Assembly (NCBI RefSeq): GCF_008831285.2
Contig: NC_045138.2
Span: 33,790,001-33,854,000 of the forward strand
From: Nymphaea colorata
Lineage: Eukaryota
Length of the DNA stretch: 64,000 nucleotides
Direction of reading: 5' to 3'
Of the stretch, positions 27,281-41,900 are shown in pieces. A program made the position numbers and the translations under genes. Within the stretch, counting starts at the first letter, position 1. Each line of letters begins with the position of its first letter. The notes under the pieces were generated by a model that had not been told where the DNA came from, made no database searches, and saw nothing but the letters and a program-made list of their open reading frames with translations.

Positions 27281-30200
27281 ATGGCACTGAGGGCAGCGGC
27301 GGCAGCTAGGACGAGCGGTTTCCGGCGGCTCTTCTCCATCTCCGCCTTCTCTCCGCCACCTCCGGCCACTCCTCCTCCGCCCCCTGCTGATCCCTCTACG
27401 AACCTCTTCGTCTCAGGTTCTTTCCCTCTCGTTCGTCGCTTCCATTTCTGTTGTTTCTTCTCGCAGCCCTGTGGCAAAAAATGACGGTGTTTATTCTCTT
27501 CGATTTTCTGCTGATGGGTTATCGATGGCTTTGGTGGTGGCTATTGGGGCTCTGGTGTTAATTTTTCCCCTGTTTTTGTCCACAAAAGCTTTTGTATCAC
27601 TTGATTTAACAGGTTGCTGATGAACTTTATATTTGGGGAGGCTTTAGATTGGTGTAGCATGATTATGCTTCGTATGAGCTCGTGCTTTCTGTCTGTAAAG
27701 TTTCGGATTTGACAACGTTTTTGTTTATTCTTTCACGTCTTCGACTGTGGCTAGCTATTTATCTTATGTTTATGCATGTAAAAGGGAGTTTTGGCCATAT
27801 ATCTTATTCTGATGGCTCGTGTTTTTTCCTTTTCAATTATCTGTTCCCCTCTGGTGCGGTTCGCTTAGAATGTTTACGAGTCTTCAGTGGGAAATTGAAT
27901 GCTAAAAAGTACTAGCTAACTGGAAAAGAATAAAAACGTTGTTGAGGCTCTCTGGGTGTGCCAAGAAGTTTGGAGGCTCAGCTGAGGATTTTTGATTTTC
28001 ACTGGGCTTCTGTTCTAAAGTGTGAATGACTAGGCTGTCCTTCTCTTGTTTCTCGAAATATTGACTTGTCCAGCTAGGCTGCTAATCGATCTACCTGTGT
28101 TTGGAACCAGCTTCTAGTTGGCCAAAGTAATCAATTACATAGTCATTGGTCGCTACCCAGGCTTTGCTCGTCACTTAGGCAGTTAGGCTTTACCTAACAC
28201 TTTTAACAACATAGGGTGGGTTATTCAAATCTTACCTTGTACACTACGGATGAATTTTAGTTGTAGCATTTACAAGCTATGGTATAATTTAGCAGCTTTA
28301 TAATTTCATAGCTTATGTTCTATTCAAGTATTTCGTTCCTACATATATCCTTGTAAGAAGAGCTTGATCCCAGTTGTTTTTAACTTTTAAGATCATAGTT
28401 AGCTTGTCTGCATATATTCCATCTCACCCTGCATTTTTGACGAGGCTAGTTTCTGAGTTGTTTGTGAATGAAAATACAAGGCCTGTCTGTGGAGTATATA
28501 TTCTTAGTATGATATGGTATAGCTTCAGCGAGGCTGAGAAAAACCAAGCATGACCATTAGAACCTAGGAACAGCAAAGTGTGCCAGTAAGTAGCAACTTG
28601 GATGCTTGGCACGCTTAACAGATTGCAGCATTTACACCAAACTTAACTGACCATGTAATGGATGCTTAATTGCTTCCATTCACTCTTTTTTATTGTCACT
28701 TTGATTTGTTTGAAGTTAGAACAAAAAGTAGGAATGCCAAAATGACATGGCTGAGTTAATAGGCTTAAGCTAAAAGAACATGAAATTAGAGCCTGAATGA
28801 GCTATGTGCAGGTTGTGCACATGCTCAAGTGTACACACAAAAACATATATGTATTTAAGATGATTATGATATGTGTTGGAGATTCGGAGGTCATATATGA
28901 CTTGTGAACTATATCACTGCACTTTGACTTCCTTGAAGTTTCATCACGATCTGTTTAGTAGGGCAAAATTTTCTTATTTCGTCCCCACGCAAAAAACCAG
29001 GTTATTTAAGTTGTGAAGTTTTAGCGCAGTCTGGTTTTTTGCCTTAAATCTCTTGAAAAACCCGATTGCACATCTGTTTTGTTGGATAAAAAAATAGATC
29101 ATTTGAACCAAATCTGTAGTATCTGGTCTGCATCTTCTCCGCTCTCCTTCATGATCTCTCTCTCTCTTTTGCTCACAAACACATGCATGCATACACAAAC
29201 ATTGGTTTTAGATGTTCAAATGTGCTGTTTAATTGGAGTTTGCTGGACATATTTTCTGGCTGAATTCTTGGGTTCCGCATCATTGATTGTTGTTACTGTC
29301 CTTTCGTTATTTATTTTTTATGCAGACATTGATAAACTGGTTGGCTGTGTATACAGATCTATATCAATGTCTTCTATTATATTTGTTTAGATGACTGTCA
29401 GAGCTAACGTTGGATCAACTTAATGGTTTTTCTTATGTTCTTTGGAAACTATGCTCCTTGTGATTTTTTGTGCATAGTCATTGTGGTATATCAAGTAATC
29501 TTCCTACTGAAGTACACTTAGTAAACGCTGTTGTGTTTCTGATTCTTACTGCATTTGTAGGACTCAGCAAGCGGACCACAACCGAGAAGCTCAGAGAAGC
29601 TTTCTCCAAATTTGGTCAAGTCGTGCATGGTGAGTCCTCAGCCTGCTTAACTTTAGAAAAATAATTAAAATGTTTTCAAATGGTAGAACCGTAGAACATC
29701 CTAATGTTGCAATTCAAAAATTATTTTTGGACTTAGAAAAGATTAATACCACTTGCATTTGAAACCTTTTTGCAGCAAGAGTCGTCACGGACAGGGTTTC
29801 TGGTTATTCTAAGGGATTCGGTTTTGTCAGATATGCTACCATAGAGGAAGCTGCTGAAGGAATAAAAGGAATGGATGGCAAGGTGAGATAGGGAGATTAA
29901 GATTCCAGACTTTATGGCTTTTACTTGTCGGGTTGATTTAGTAGGAAGCACCTTGCGGATCATGTTTCCTGGAAGCACCTTCCTTTTTGTGCTGCCACTA
30001 TGAAAATCAACCGTTAGATTTCTAAAGTCTCCAACTTCGAGACATATGTACATACCATTGGAACAACACGTTCCAAATGGTTGATACTAAAAACAAAGAT
30101 TTTATCTGTAGGGTCTATTTGGTAAGCATGCGGACCCGGTACGTGATCTGTTTCTACATCTCGTTCTGACCTTCATTTACAAGCGTACAGACAATAATGA

Positions 30201-30340
30201 TGAATTGGTGATGCTTCATTGGCTTTTCTCCTTTGCAGTTTCTCGATGGCTGGGTTATCTTTGCAGAGTATGCAAGACCTAGGCAACCTCCACAACCTCC
30301 TGCTAATGAATCACCATCAGGTTCATACACGAGTTATTAG
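27281..30340 (+). CDS. ORRM2: Organelle RRM domain-containing protein 2 (mitochondrial RNA-editing factor family)
   Basis: Exons: 27281-27416, 29561-29629, 29776-29882, 30239-30340, all GT-AG. Translation MALRAAAAARTSGFRRLFS..DPSTNLFVSGLSKRTT..VVTDRVSGYSKGFGFVRYAT..GMDGKFLDGWVIFAEYARPR matches the recalled At5g54580. Confidence 0.92.
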
Positions 30341-32318
30341 ACCTAAAATGCAACTGTTCTAAATTGCTGGCTAAGCATCGGCAGCATGTTCTTCATCTTG
30401 ATTGGCACTACGTTGATTTGTGATGGAGAGTAATTTTGGAGCTGTTGAGTTAAAAAGTAGTGCCAATGAGAAAACTGGGTTCTATTTATGTCGAAGTGTA
30501 TTTGACGTTGATTTATAAACTACAAGTGTATTCTTAATGGAACCTTCAGCATGAGTTATGCAGGCTTTGACACAGAGAAAAACTAATTGGTTAAAAAAAC
30601 AATGGTTATGAATATATACGTTTCCATGTTTGAAGAATATGTTGGCTCTTTTTTTTTTCCTGTTGCACGTAGATGCCTGGTAGATTGAGGGTCTGGAATG
30701 GTCATAAATATCTTTGATGTTATGAAATATCCAGAAAAAAGCCCAAGTCCTGAAAAGTGTTGACACTTGGAAATATCTTCTTCTCATCATGGTACTCAAC
30801 ACTTCAAAGCTTCAGGGTCTTGAAATTCTCATGCGACATTTTCTTTAAATCTCATAGGCGAACTTATTTTCCTTTTCCCCCCTAATGTGAACGTTTTACT
30901 GCTTGGTTTTCTCGGACTCTGTTAGTGCTACAAATTTTATCCATTTTCTGATGCTCTTTCATGCGATGATTTTGGAGAAAATTAAAATGAATAAGAATAC
31001 GAATATCGTAGTGCCTGCCTATCAGAACTCTCAAGCCATATTGTGCTAGGTATGTTTTTTAGCCCTCTGATCTAGTTTGGTCTCTTTTAACTCGAATTTT
31101 CTAGCCGTGGTTCCTTGTTGCCAACAGGGATTGTATGCTTGCTGAATTAGTTAGAAATGCGTTGGTGCTTGAGTTTGGGAGTATTTTTCTTGGCATCATC
31201 TAGTACAAATCGGTCTTCATTTTAGTAGTATGTACAAAAAATTTTGCAGCTTTTGTGGGTTCTGAACGACAATTAGAAGTCTTTTGGTTGTTCTTCAAGG
31301 AAAAGTAGCTACAAGTTTGAAAACTTGGAAATGGCCAACCACTGCTACTGTTTCTGCTTTTCGATATCAAGTATCATAAAGGTGAGTCATGAATTGTCTA
31401 AAAACCGAGAAATTGAAGCAAAAAACATGTTATTTTGATGTGCATATCATTTTTGGGAAGTGTTTAAACTCAACGGTGCAACTTTTAGAGTGACACAACG
31501 GAGTGGAGTCAGAACTAGGTGCAAATCTATATCCTGATTGCACCTGGTAGAATGAACAACATAGAGATCCCATGAATCTTGGTTGGTCAGACATGGCTTA
31601 TGCCTTATAGCCGTGGTAGACAAAACGACGTTGAGTTTCTATATGGAACTCAACGATAAATTTCAAAACATCGTGTTATCAACCCTTGGCCTGACTCACT
31701 AGGCGATACATTTCTTCCAGTCCATGGGAATTTCACGAGGAGGCGTATCAATCTGTTTTCAAGGACTGAGGTAATGCAACAAGCCGGATTCTTCCACTGT
31801 ATGCCAGCCAAAATTGCAGCAGTAATCTGATGATTTCGAGATCAGCAAGCTTCATTTTTTGTTCCTTTTTGCATAATTTCAAAAATCGAAAAACTTTTGA
31901 GTAAAAGTTTGGGTTATTCCCAAAATAGCAACAATGACAAACTTTAACATATTTTAGCGATGGTAGCACGCTCTTTGCAGTCACTGTTTTATTGACAAGC
32001 GGCAAAATCATCACCATATTTCACTCTATTACTTGTCTACTAATTATTGCAGACAGAAAATTTTGTATTCTCACGATAAATTTGCTTTCTCCTAAAAACT
32101 TTTCATGCAATGTAACGACTCTTTAGTATAAACGTGTAATGCAACTTGGATCGCTCGTGATGAAAAAGAAATAACATTGAGCCACATGCTGCTGTAGTTT
32201 TCGCTAGTTAATCATTGTTTTGAAGTTACTCTATCGTTATTTTATTAGGCCGAACATATAAATAATATGGTTAATAGTCCTTTCTCTCTTTTCCAAAAGG
32301 AAAGCAACATAGTAGTTG

Positions 32319-32731
32319 ATGACCCATCAATATCATCAACCCGCTACATCCATTAATAACATATTCATTATTTATTTGTTAATATTATTCTCATTATTTT
32401 GTTTGTTGTGATACAGAGATGTAAGCTTTGGTTACTTCTTCCCAGTCAATTTCCCATCAACCGAAGGGATATAGAATATGCTAATGTCGTGTTAAGAAAT
32501 GAGCCGAATTGTTTAAAACACAAATTTTTGAGCCTTTCCTTCCAAAACGAGAAAAGGCAAGGAATGCTTTTTCCCTTCCCTTGTCCTTCACTGCAACGCT
32601 GTTGTGCTTCACACGAGGAAGACCTTCTTGGAGGGCCAAAAAGCTTCGTATTCCAAGAAATCCCGTTTGGACGAGTGTCAAGAGATTTCAAAATTCAAGT
32701 TCTGTTCTGGTGCATGTGTCCCTGCCCATAA
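32319..32731 (+). pseudogene. Probable S-protein homolog (SPH, plant self-incompatibility S1 family) pseudogene
   Basis: TATAAATA at ~32257. ATG 32319 encodes a signal-like peptide ending at TGA 32409-32411. A different frame reads SFQNE..PSLQRCCASHEEDLLG..QVLFWC, resembling the SPH pattern N..LxVHCxSxDDDLG..TLFWC. Confidence 0.35.
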
Positions 32732-33122
32732 GGCTCAATGACCAAGGCAATATGTAGTAAATAGTACTGAATAGTGCTTTAGTTTCTTGAGGAACCAACA
32801 CCATGTAAATCCCCACGCAACTTAAAGAGTCAGAAAATCCATTTACAGATGTGCCAATCGTCTGGCCTGGTTTAAGCCCAATTTACATGTTACTTACTGT
32901 GGTATATATATACATATATATCTCTAAACTCTCTTTATCTCTCTCTCTTCTGCCTTCAAATCTTCTTTCAATGCATATAGATATCTTTATCTTAAATGAA
33001 TAAATAAACAAGAAGAAAAATGTAACAAACGTTTTTATCTAATTCACACATTTCAACCGTATATCATAATGAATCAGATGACTGATGAATGGCGTGAGTG
33101 ACTTTAACTAACTATAGTCACC

Positions 33123-33127
<5 letters not shown>

Positions 33128-33207
<80 letters not shown>

Positions 33208-33419
33208 TGATCGAATGGTTATTCTGGTTGTCAAGAGTTACATAGCTCATCTATAAGAGTTTTGATCCTCCATAATAGATGCTCATCAATATTTTCTCTT
33301 TAGTTTTTTTATTAACATCCATCATGATGGAAGTGGCCATCTGTGAATTGATAACTAAGTGTATATATATATATCTATATATATATATATATATATCTAT
33401 ATATATATATATATATATC

Positions 33420-33462
<43 letters not shown>
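33128..33462. repeat. Two compound (TA)n(GA)n microsatellites
   Basis: Located at 33128-33207 and 33362-33462; the second is interrupted by regularly spaced TC. Confidence 0.95.
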
Positions 33463-35685
33463 GTGGTTGCACGTAGCACTATGAAGTGTCGAGGAAGAGG
33501 GGAAGAGTGTGTTGTATAGGGGAAGGCGAAGGAGGTAAACGTACACCACAAGGTTTACAGCGCCTGAGAGGCTTCATGAACACGAGACACAGAGTAATGG
33601 CTCAATGATTAAACAAGATCGCATTGAGGGAGATGAGAACGGTACTGTGGAGTGGAACAGCAGGAACCGAAATTAATGGCGGCAACCATCACCGCTGCTC
33701 GCCACCAACAAGGAAGGGCCTTAGGCCTGCCTGCCTCTGCCTTCTCCGCCTCGGGCTCGCCGAGGCGTAGAGCGCAAGGGTCAACTTTCGCTAGCCCTAC
33801 GCCTCGATCGATATAGCTCCGAACTTGGAGTGCAGATGAAGTACTTCAAATGGTTTTTGTCCCAAATTGTTTCGAGCCGTAACTTGGTTGCCGGAAGCTG
33901 CGAACAATCTCGATTTCGTGATTTTTTTTTTCTCTAGTTTTTATTTATGTTCCATTTCAAAGATATAGCGTAACAGTTATTATTATTTTATTAACTCGGC
34001 GTGCAAGTGTTCAGTCTATTTGAGAATACTAAAACCCAAACTCTGTACCACAGAAACAAACAGGAAGGAATCAGGGTAACATGAATCGCCACCATCCAAT
34101 TTTTTGTTGTTGATGAAGAGTTGCAACAAATTTGATTGTCTGGGACAAATCTTTTGTGATCTTTTTGTCCCAATCTCCCGTATATTATAATATAAGATAA
34201 TATAATTCTATGAAAAGTTACAAATCCTTTTGTGATCTTTTTTTTTTCAGGAAATTGGATGTATTCCGGATATGTTTATGTAATTGGAAGCTTGTCGTGT
34301 TTCACCCTTTTTCTCCTTTTTTTTTTGGAGCAACATGAACTTGAAGCCAAACATTGGTATCCATAATTATTAACTAACTTATTGGTATTTAAGTACTTGG
34401 GAATCGTCAGGATGCCGAAGCACTAAAGTAAGCAATATCTTAAAATTGAAAATGGTTGGTCCCATTCGGTGATAATTGAATCAGTTTCAAAAATGTTTTA
34501 TTGAATCTGCGGCTTAGAAGATTACAAAATTGATCAACCGAACGATTAGGCCTACCTTGTTTTCCATGTTTTGAATCTTTATTTTTCGGTGCAAACCTGC
34601 CGGTAGATGGTCTCCCCACCATTTTATTCCCAAAGAATAAAAGAATCTTTCATTTAAAAATTCGAAATTCAGATTGTGCAGAATATAAAATGATTAAATG
34701 AGTTGATTTTCTGGTTGTTCATAAGGCATTTCGGTTCAAAAAAGATGATTTTCAACCAGAACAGACTCGACTTGACCATGTGAGACAAACAAACCAAGAT
34801 GGGCCAGGTAGAATGAAGGCACATATTAAGCCATTGGTACCTTGTGCCTTCTTTTATTTCACATAAAAGACTGTATCACATATTGTGGGCCGCATTGTGC
34901 CAGAAAGAAGCATTCTGAAGGTGAGAAAATAAATAAGAAATTTGAGAGGGTCTTATTCAAAACTCAAATGTTTTGATTATTTCAAGGATTGCGACCCCTG
35001 ATTCAGTAATTAAAGACAAACGGTGAAATAATAATAACAATAATAATAGAACCTGCAGGGAATGGTTAAACTTATGGTGCCCTGAATTTGTCACATGATA
35101 TTTTTTCAGAAAAGAAAAACAGTAACTTAATTACATTGTTCACTCCATTTGGTAAGAGCGATTTTGTATCACATCACAAGGAAATCATCCTTGAGGTAGG
35201 AACTAAGAACATCAAGATTTAGTCGGAGACATCTCTATGGAGTTTTTGAAATTTTCGGATATGCTGTATGTAGTATAATATCATCATATAATATAATTAT
35301 TCAGTTTGATACAGCCGTCTGAAATCTTATCGAGCGAGAGACATTTGAATGTGGGTTGGATGTCAGTCCGGTCTTGTCCTGACCTGCAACATGAGGAAAA
35401 TACTAAAAATGCTGATCGTTATCAAAGGCCAAAAACAATCAATACGGACAAATGGGGCTCCTTGTCCAGGCAAAAGTGCAACCCCATCCTCCGCTAGAGT
35501 CAAGCATGGACAGGACTTCTCCATTCTCGCAACGCGGTGCTGACTAGAGTCAAGATCTATATATATATATATATATATATATACACTTGCTGAATGAAAA
35601 TGGCAATCTTATAGAAGCATTAATCAAATATTTCCTTATCATACACTTTAACAAGGAGAAAAAAAAAAAAAAAACTTTACAAATA

Positions 35686-38600
35686 TCAAGAGCAGAGTCT
35701 AGGCAGCCTTGCATTTCCATGGCTCGCTACTTTGTTCTTCATCATCATTCTGGACATTTGGCTCTGCATTTTCTTGCACATCTTTTCCAGCTCTATCACC
35801 TTCCATTGCATCCCTTGTAAGTGGGCTTTCAGTTTCTCGTTCTCCATTGACAAATCAACCTTCTTTGCCAAGAGAACGATCTGATCGTCTACTTCATGGC
35901 AAGTGCTTTTGCTAACTTTGCTTTTGTAACTAAGAGGGGTAGTATTAATGTCAGATGAGAAGTGATCATATCCCTCAAGTAAGCTCTTGAGCTTTGATTG
36001 CTGAGAGATCACTGCCTGAATGGCAGCCCTTGAGGGGATGTTCGAATTCTTGGTGATGTGTTTGCAGGCTTCTAGCGAGAGCTTCTCATGATTCAAAACT
36101 CTGCAAATCTTCACTCTGTCTTCTTCTGATAACCCTGCATGTACCTGTCAATCCCAAACGCCAGTAATAAGGACCTAATTTTCGATTTACAGGTGACTGA
36201 AAGATTACAATGAATTCGAAAAGGGTGAGAGAACTTGGGCTTTAGCAGGCAAATTGTAACTTTTAACACTACTGGAATCTCAACATGGTCCTTGTTAAAT
36301 CCAGTGCCCTCATTTGCAAAGTGTTAAAAATTGGCTTCATTGTTGTTTTTGTTTGTGATTATATGGAAAAGGAAGTACAGGATACCATTAACAATGCATG
36401 TTAGTCAATGAAGTACAAAGAGGTGAAACAATAAAAGGCAGAATGTTTTCTTGAACTTATGGAAGCTAGTGTTTCAATACTGAAAATAGAAAGAACAAGG
36501 GATGAACAAATGGACCGGTAACAAGAAGGGGGAAAAGCTTCTGACACAACCTTGTTTGTTCAATGAGCAAAATCAACACGATATTAGCAGGCTCTAATAG
36601 CGGACAGTTGTACAGGATGTATGAGCTCATCAGAACCAAATAATATAGGGGGAGAGAGAGAGGGATTACCTCCAGATACATGTCCAAGGCTCTGTAAATC
36701 TCATCATATGACTCCCTTGCGGAATCAGGCAGAGCCTTCACTAGAGCAATGAATTTTGAAGGCTTTAGGGAAGAATCAGGCGCTACTTCAGCAATATATT
36801 TGTCCATCAAGACCCCAACCCTCTTCAGTGCTGTTGCAGAGATCCCATCTCCACCAATGAAGGACTTCAAAAATCTTAATACCAGATTCACGTCATAGAG
36901 AGACCCCATTTTAACCGGTGCAGGAAAAAGTAAATTATCCAGTGTTGCCTGATCAAGCTGTGAACCGATCATGGACTCTAACTGGTCTCTACAGCTCTTG
37001 CTGATTGCCAAACCAGAAGTCATTCTTAGAATTGCAAACAACCCTTTACAAGAAATAGAGTTCTTATCTAACAGACTTAACAGATTTACAACTGCCTCTG
37101 TAATCTCCAGTTTCTCGATAGGTGTCGAGGAGGGGAAGCGGGATTTGAAGTAATAAAACAGGAACCTGCTGATGATAAGATTATCGATTTTGTGGCGGAC
37201 CATTTCCATGATAAATTTCTCAATAACCAGGGTACTTAAACCAGAAAAATCTTCAAACCACCAGGATTGGCCAGAGTTCTTCGCGAATTCACTGCTTTTT
37301 GTGTCACAAGAAAATCGGACAGATGAACTCTCTGGAGAAGAACTAGAAGGGCTTGATTCATTATTTGCAGCGAGCTTTAGTAGCATAGAGTTGATGATTT
37401 TATACAGGATTCCGGATGAAGTTGCAGGGGCTATAAATTCTTGGCATTGTTTCAACACCACCAAGTTTTCCGACCAAGTCCAATACACCATCCCCTGAAG
37501 GAATCTGTCAGTCTGCGTGACCAAGTTGTTCGTATGCAGCTCTTCAGTCATCTCCATGAAAATGGCAGCACAATGAAGGCGACAAACGTTTGAAGGAGTT
37601 ATATGAGTTTTTCCATTGCTGTAGCAGAACCTTGTCAACAGCTCAAATGCTTCTGATCCTCCCGGAAGATCATTGAGTGCGACTCTCGGAGGTCGGCCAT
37701 GAAGATTGGTAACAGAGGCTGATTGTTGTTGGAAAATTTGGGAAACTTTACCTGAATAGGATGATATAATTCCCTGCAAGAGAAGGGAGAATGTACAACT
37801 CATAAAACAGCCTTAAAAACATATGGAATCACGCGCTACCCCTAGTAGCTGACCAACAAGAGAGCCATAGAAAAGAATAACCCATCAATATGCACAGAGA
37901 GCGGAAACTGGGTACCCATTTAAAGCAGGCGGTGGACACAGTTGTCGTTTTGAACTCACTAAACTGCTATAAGAAAGCAGTGACCAACAGTATGAAAAAT
38001 GAATTCACGCCAGAGAAGCAGAAAAAAGTATGAGCATAAATATTAAAGAGAAGGGACAAGAGAATTAGGAAGGAGCAGAAGCAGAATTTGACAGCCAAGG
38101 AAAAGGCAAATGACAAAGTACTGGAAGAATTTTATAAGAAAATGGTAAACCAACAAGAGGGTATGTCCAGCCAAATCTGAACTCCCCACAGAAGGGTAAC
38201 ATTTAATGATACAACATTAAAGCCTCATAAATATAGCAATAAAACCAACGGGGGGAAATCCCAACCTAGTTTAAATTTAGGCAATAATTTGAGAAAAGTA
38301 GTTAATAACAGAAAATTAGAGGCACTGAACAAGAATAAGTTAAAGTACCGTACCCCAAGAAATTCCCGCAATTAAGCAATCGGCTTCCACGCGATTCAAG
38401 AAGCTGCCATTCTCAGAAGAAGAGAACTAAACAAAAAAAAAAAAAGGAAAAGGCACAGACCGGGAACACAAACTCATTCGTTTCCGTTCAAGAGAAGGAA
38501 AACAAGAACGCCCATTGCGTAATTTCCTGAAGGAAAACCCATTTTCTAGATCCTCACAAAGGATTCGTAATAAGACAAGTTTCAAAGACTCATCCTCAAC

Positions 38601-38947
38601 CAAGCTACTGTGACAAGTACGAAAATGAAGAGGAACAATCAAAAGTGTCTCAATATTTGTTTTCTTCAGAAACGTGGAAAAGAAAACCGAATTGTAAATC
38701 TCAAGGAAAACCAGTAATTTGGAAGATTTAGAGCAAGGTGGAAGTGTGCATGACGAAACAAACAGAAGAACAGGAAGAGGAGCGAGAACGAAAATAAGAA
38801 GACGAAGAAGCAGAAGAAGACGAATCAAACGAAATTCACAAACCAGAGACCCGGGAGAAGGCAAATGGAGAGAAAACACTGCACCTTGTCAATGAAGAAG
38901 CTCTGTCGGCCATTGACGTCCACTTCAAAGTAACTCACGGCTTCCAT
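35686..38947 (-). CDS. BTB/POZ-NPH3 domain protein (NRL family), At3g22104-like; 3 exons
   Basis: Exons: 38947-38885, 37773-36670, 36144-35686. Motifs: EVDVNG, PGGSEAFEL..RFCY, WWFED, IGSQLDQATLDNLL, YDVNLVLRF, YRALDMYLEVH, C-terminal coiled coil and LPRLCS. An in-frame upstream ATG at 39007 is an alternative start. Confidence 0.94.
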
Positions 38948-41900
38948 ACTCCCCGAGCCACGAAGACCACCTCTCTCATTCACTCCACCCAACCCCAAAA
39001 TCCCCATCAACGAATAGAAGCTACCTCCAAAAAGCTTAAACGGAGAGCAGATTCACATTCTGACTGCCAACACCATCAACAACATCTACAAGTGACAGCA
39101 GGACAAGAAGAAGAAGAAGAAGAAGAAGAAGAGGAGGAGGAAATATCGATAAAAGTCAAGCTACAAACAACTATCGTTCTAGAATAGCTAGAAAAAGATC
39201 ACTACAAAAGAATCCGTATGTCAAAGAAAGAAGCACCAACTGTTGCAGGTACCACATTCAAGCCCATTGGTGTAGACGTATATAAACCTACTTGTGCAAC
39301 TAAAACTGACACATTCCAATATTTTTCCCTCCCTTCCTCTTCCTTTCCACTCTGTTTCGCTTACTTGCACTCAACGAGAGAGATAGACAGAGAGAGAGGC
39401 AAAAGAGCTAAACTCAGGCTTCTTTTGGCTGCCTTCTTGTTGCCCTTTACTCTCCTTTAACATTATGATCACTGAACCAATGCAGATCTCTCACAAGCAA
39501 AAAAAAGTAATTAAAAAAAAGGTTCCTTTTTTTAATCCATATTTCCCTTCCGACCTTTGTAACCGTCTACTGCATGTCATTTATGTTCGCCTTATTCATC
39601 CTCTCAGCTTTTCTTGGGACAGGTCTCTTTCTTGTCACCTACAAAACCTTTTGTCCACCTTTTTCATAATGCCAGTCATGTCCCTTTGCTTCTCAAGAAG
39701 ACCAAGTCAGGCCCCCCAAAATCAAGCACATGATTGCAGTAGAAAAGTTGGTCTTCTGGAAATAATAAACACTTGTTTCTTCAAGTCCAGCTACTTAAAA
39801 TTCCACTATAATCTAGTTGATGTCCTTCATTTATTGCCCCAAACAGCACATAATCTGGATTGGAAGTTGAGTAGCTGGATGAGCTTCGAAATGCAAGGCC
39901 GATGACCAATCATTGTTAAAAGAGTTGTTAAATACAACTGTGCAGATGTGAACTACGATCTTCGTTTGACTGAAACTCACTTGGTTCATAATTAAGGAAA
40001 TATTCTTTCCCAAACTTATGGCACTGGTCCACTATCTTCAGCTGCCAATCCTACAAGAGATCTTAACTTTGTCCAATTTGATTAAGACAACTTTGCAAGA
40101 ATGCGATACAAATTAAGATTAGTATCTAATCTTCTTGCAGAGTTTGATTATCTGTCTGCTTCTCTCGCTTCGCGGATCTAACAGTGTAGACAGTTCATTC
40201 ACAGATCCCAACAAAGCCTGAAGCAAGGAGTTAAGGACTGATTAGATAAACATATGGCATTTGAATCAGCTGCATCTTATAGGGGCTTGAATTTTGATGA
40301 GATCCCGAACAGCCATACAAATTTTTAAGTTTCTTATTCTTGGTCATTCACGATTCTTATTTAAGCTTGAAGAAGACTTGAAAAATTAATGGAGGAGATT
40401 TTAGTTAATGCAACTTGACGGTTGGGGATTCTTACAAGTCACAAATTACTACCCAAGAAACAATAATTCCAAGTGGGACAAGAGCATTTAAAACGCAAGT
40501 CATTCTTTTTTCTTTTTCCGTTCATCTATGATGAGCGTATCATTCTTTTATCATCAATACTCATTCACTCAGATCAATATTCTCTTGTCAATTTAACTTT
40601 TAAACATCAATGATGAACGGAAAAAATGGGAAAGCGAATGGAATTTATTCCAAGCATGCTATTTGCAGTCGGGTCTGGATCGGCGCAAGGTGAAAGTTCC
40701 CACTAAGGTCCTAGAGATGCCCCTGGGAACATGGCACTTGGGAAGAAAATTCTTTTCTGAGGCAAGTATTTTTCTTTTTTTCTTTTTTTTTGCGAAAAAA
40801 TATTATATTAAAACTCTGTAAAGTGTAGAAAAAAGTAAAAAAAAAAAAAACTACAGTTCTGCCTTGGAAAATATAAACGAAACCCATTCTGTTCCTGAAA
40901 AGACGGGGAAATATTTTTTATATAAAAATTCACCGGACTAAGAAGAAAGGGAACGAGATAGATGCCGGGGCAGTACGGATATTTTTAAAGAAATGATGGC
41001 GCTTTGTAAAGTTGGGTGCACCAAAAGACGCGACAGCACGCGATGATTACACCAATCATGCACCCAATTTCTCCTTTGTGCATGGCTGTAAAATTTTCCG
41101 CCAAACACAATAGCCCCAATTATTGAAGAATAACGAGTTTGTCCCTTTGTTGACCGGTCAGTCCCGACGATCTGGCTATCCGTGTGCGATGTACCGCCTA
41201 CACGTTCTGAGCCTTCTCAGTCCTGACCCTGATCCAAGTGGACCACTGCAAATTTTGGATCTCATCAGATCCAGGTTCATGCCCGACAAAACTCATCAAG
41301 TTACTCATATCTTCACGATACCTAGGCATTTGTGCATTGGTGAACGAACTTGGTAGATCTATGGATCCAAACCTGCCTGCTTGAGCTTGACTACTCAATA
41401 ATTTTAAGTAAACTTCGTTTCTTACCCAGTCAATGATTGTGGTAAATTAAGAGATTAAAATTACCGGTGAAAAAAAATAATAATATATTTTTTTTTTTGC
41501 TAATATATTCGAGGGCATAGTCATTTCTAAAATAGTGTATCAAATGTTTAGATGCTTGGAAAGATCGAGCCAAACCATCAATCATTATTCTTCTGACCAT
41601 TGTTGTAAGTATGCAGAGCGGGATTAGCATATCGACAAAGATCCATGATCCAGAACCAGTACAACAGCATGTGAAAAAATTTCACAACAGCCGGAGCACG
41701 GTAAAATACATGAAGCCCGTACTCCAGTATATCACATCAAGAACACTTGAATCCAATCAAACTCGGTAAGGTACTTCAGATTGAGCGAGTGACCAAAAGT
41801 AATTTTGACAAGTAAAAACGTTCTGGTAGAGAACGGATACTTATTAGATCCAACAAATATGCCCCTCCAACGGCACATTCTCAACATTTCCTTTCTTTGT

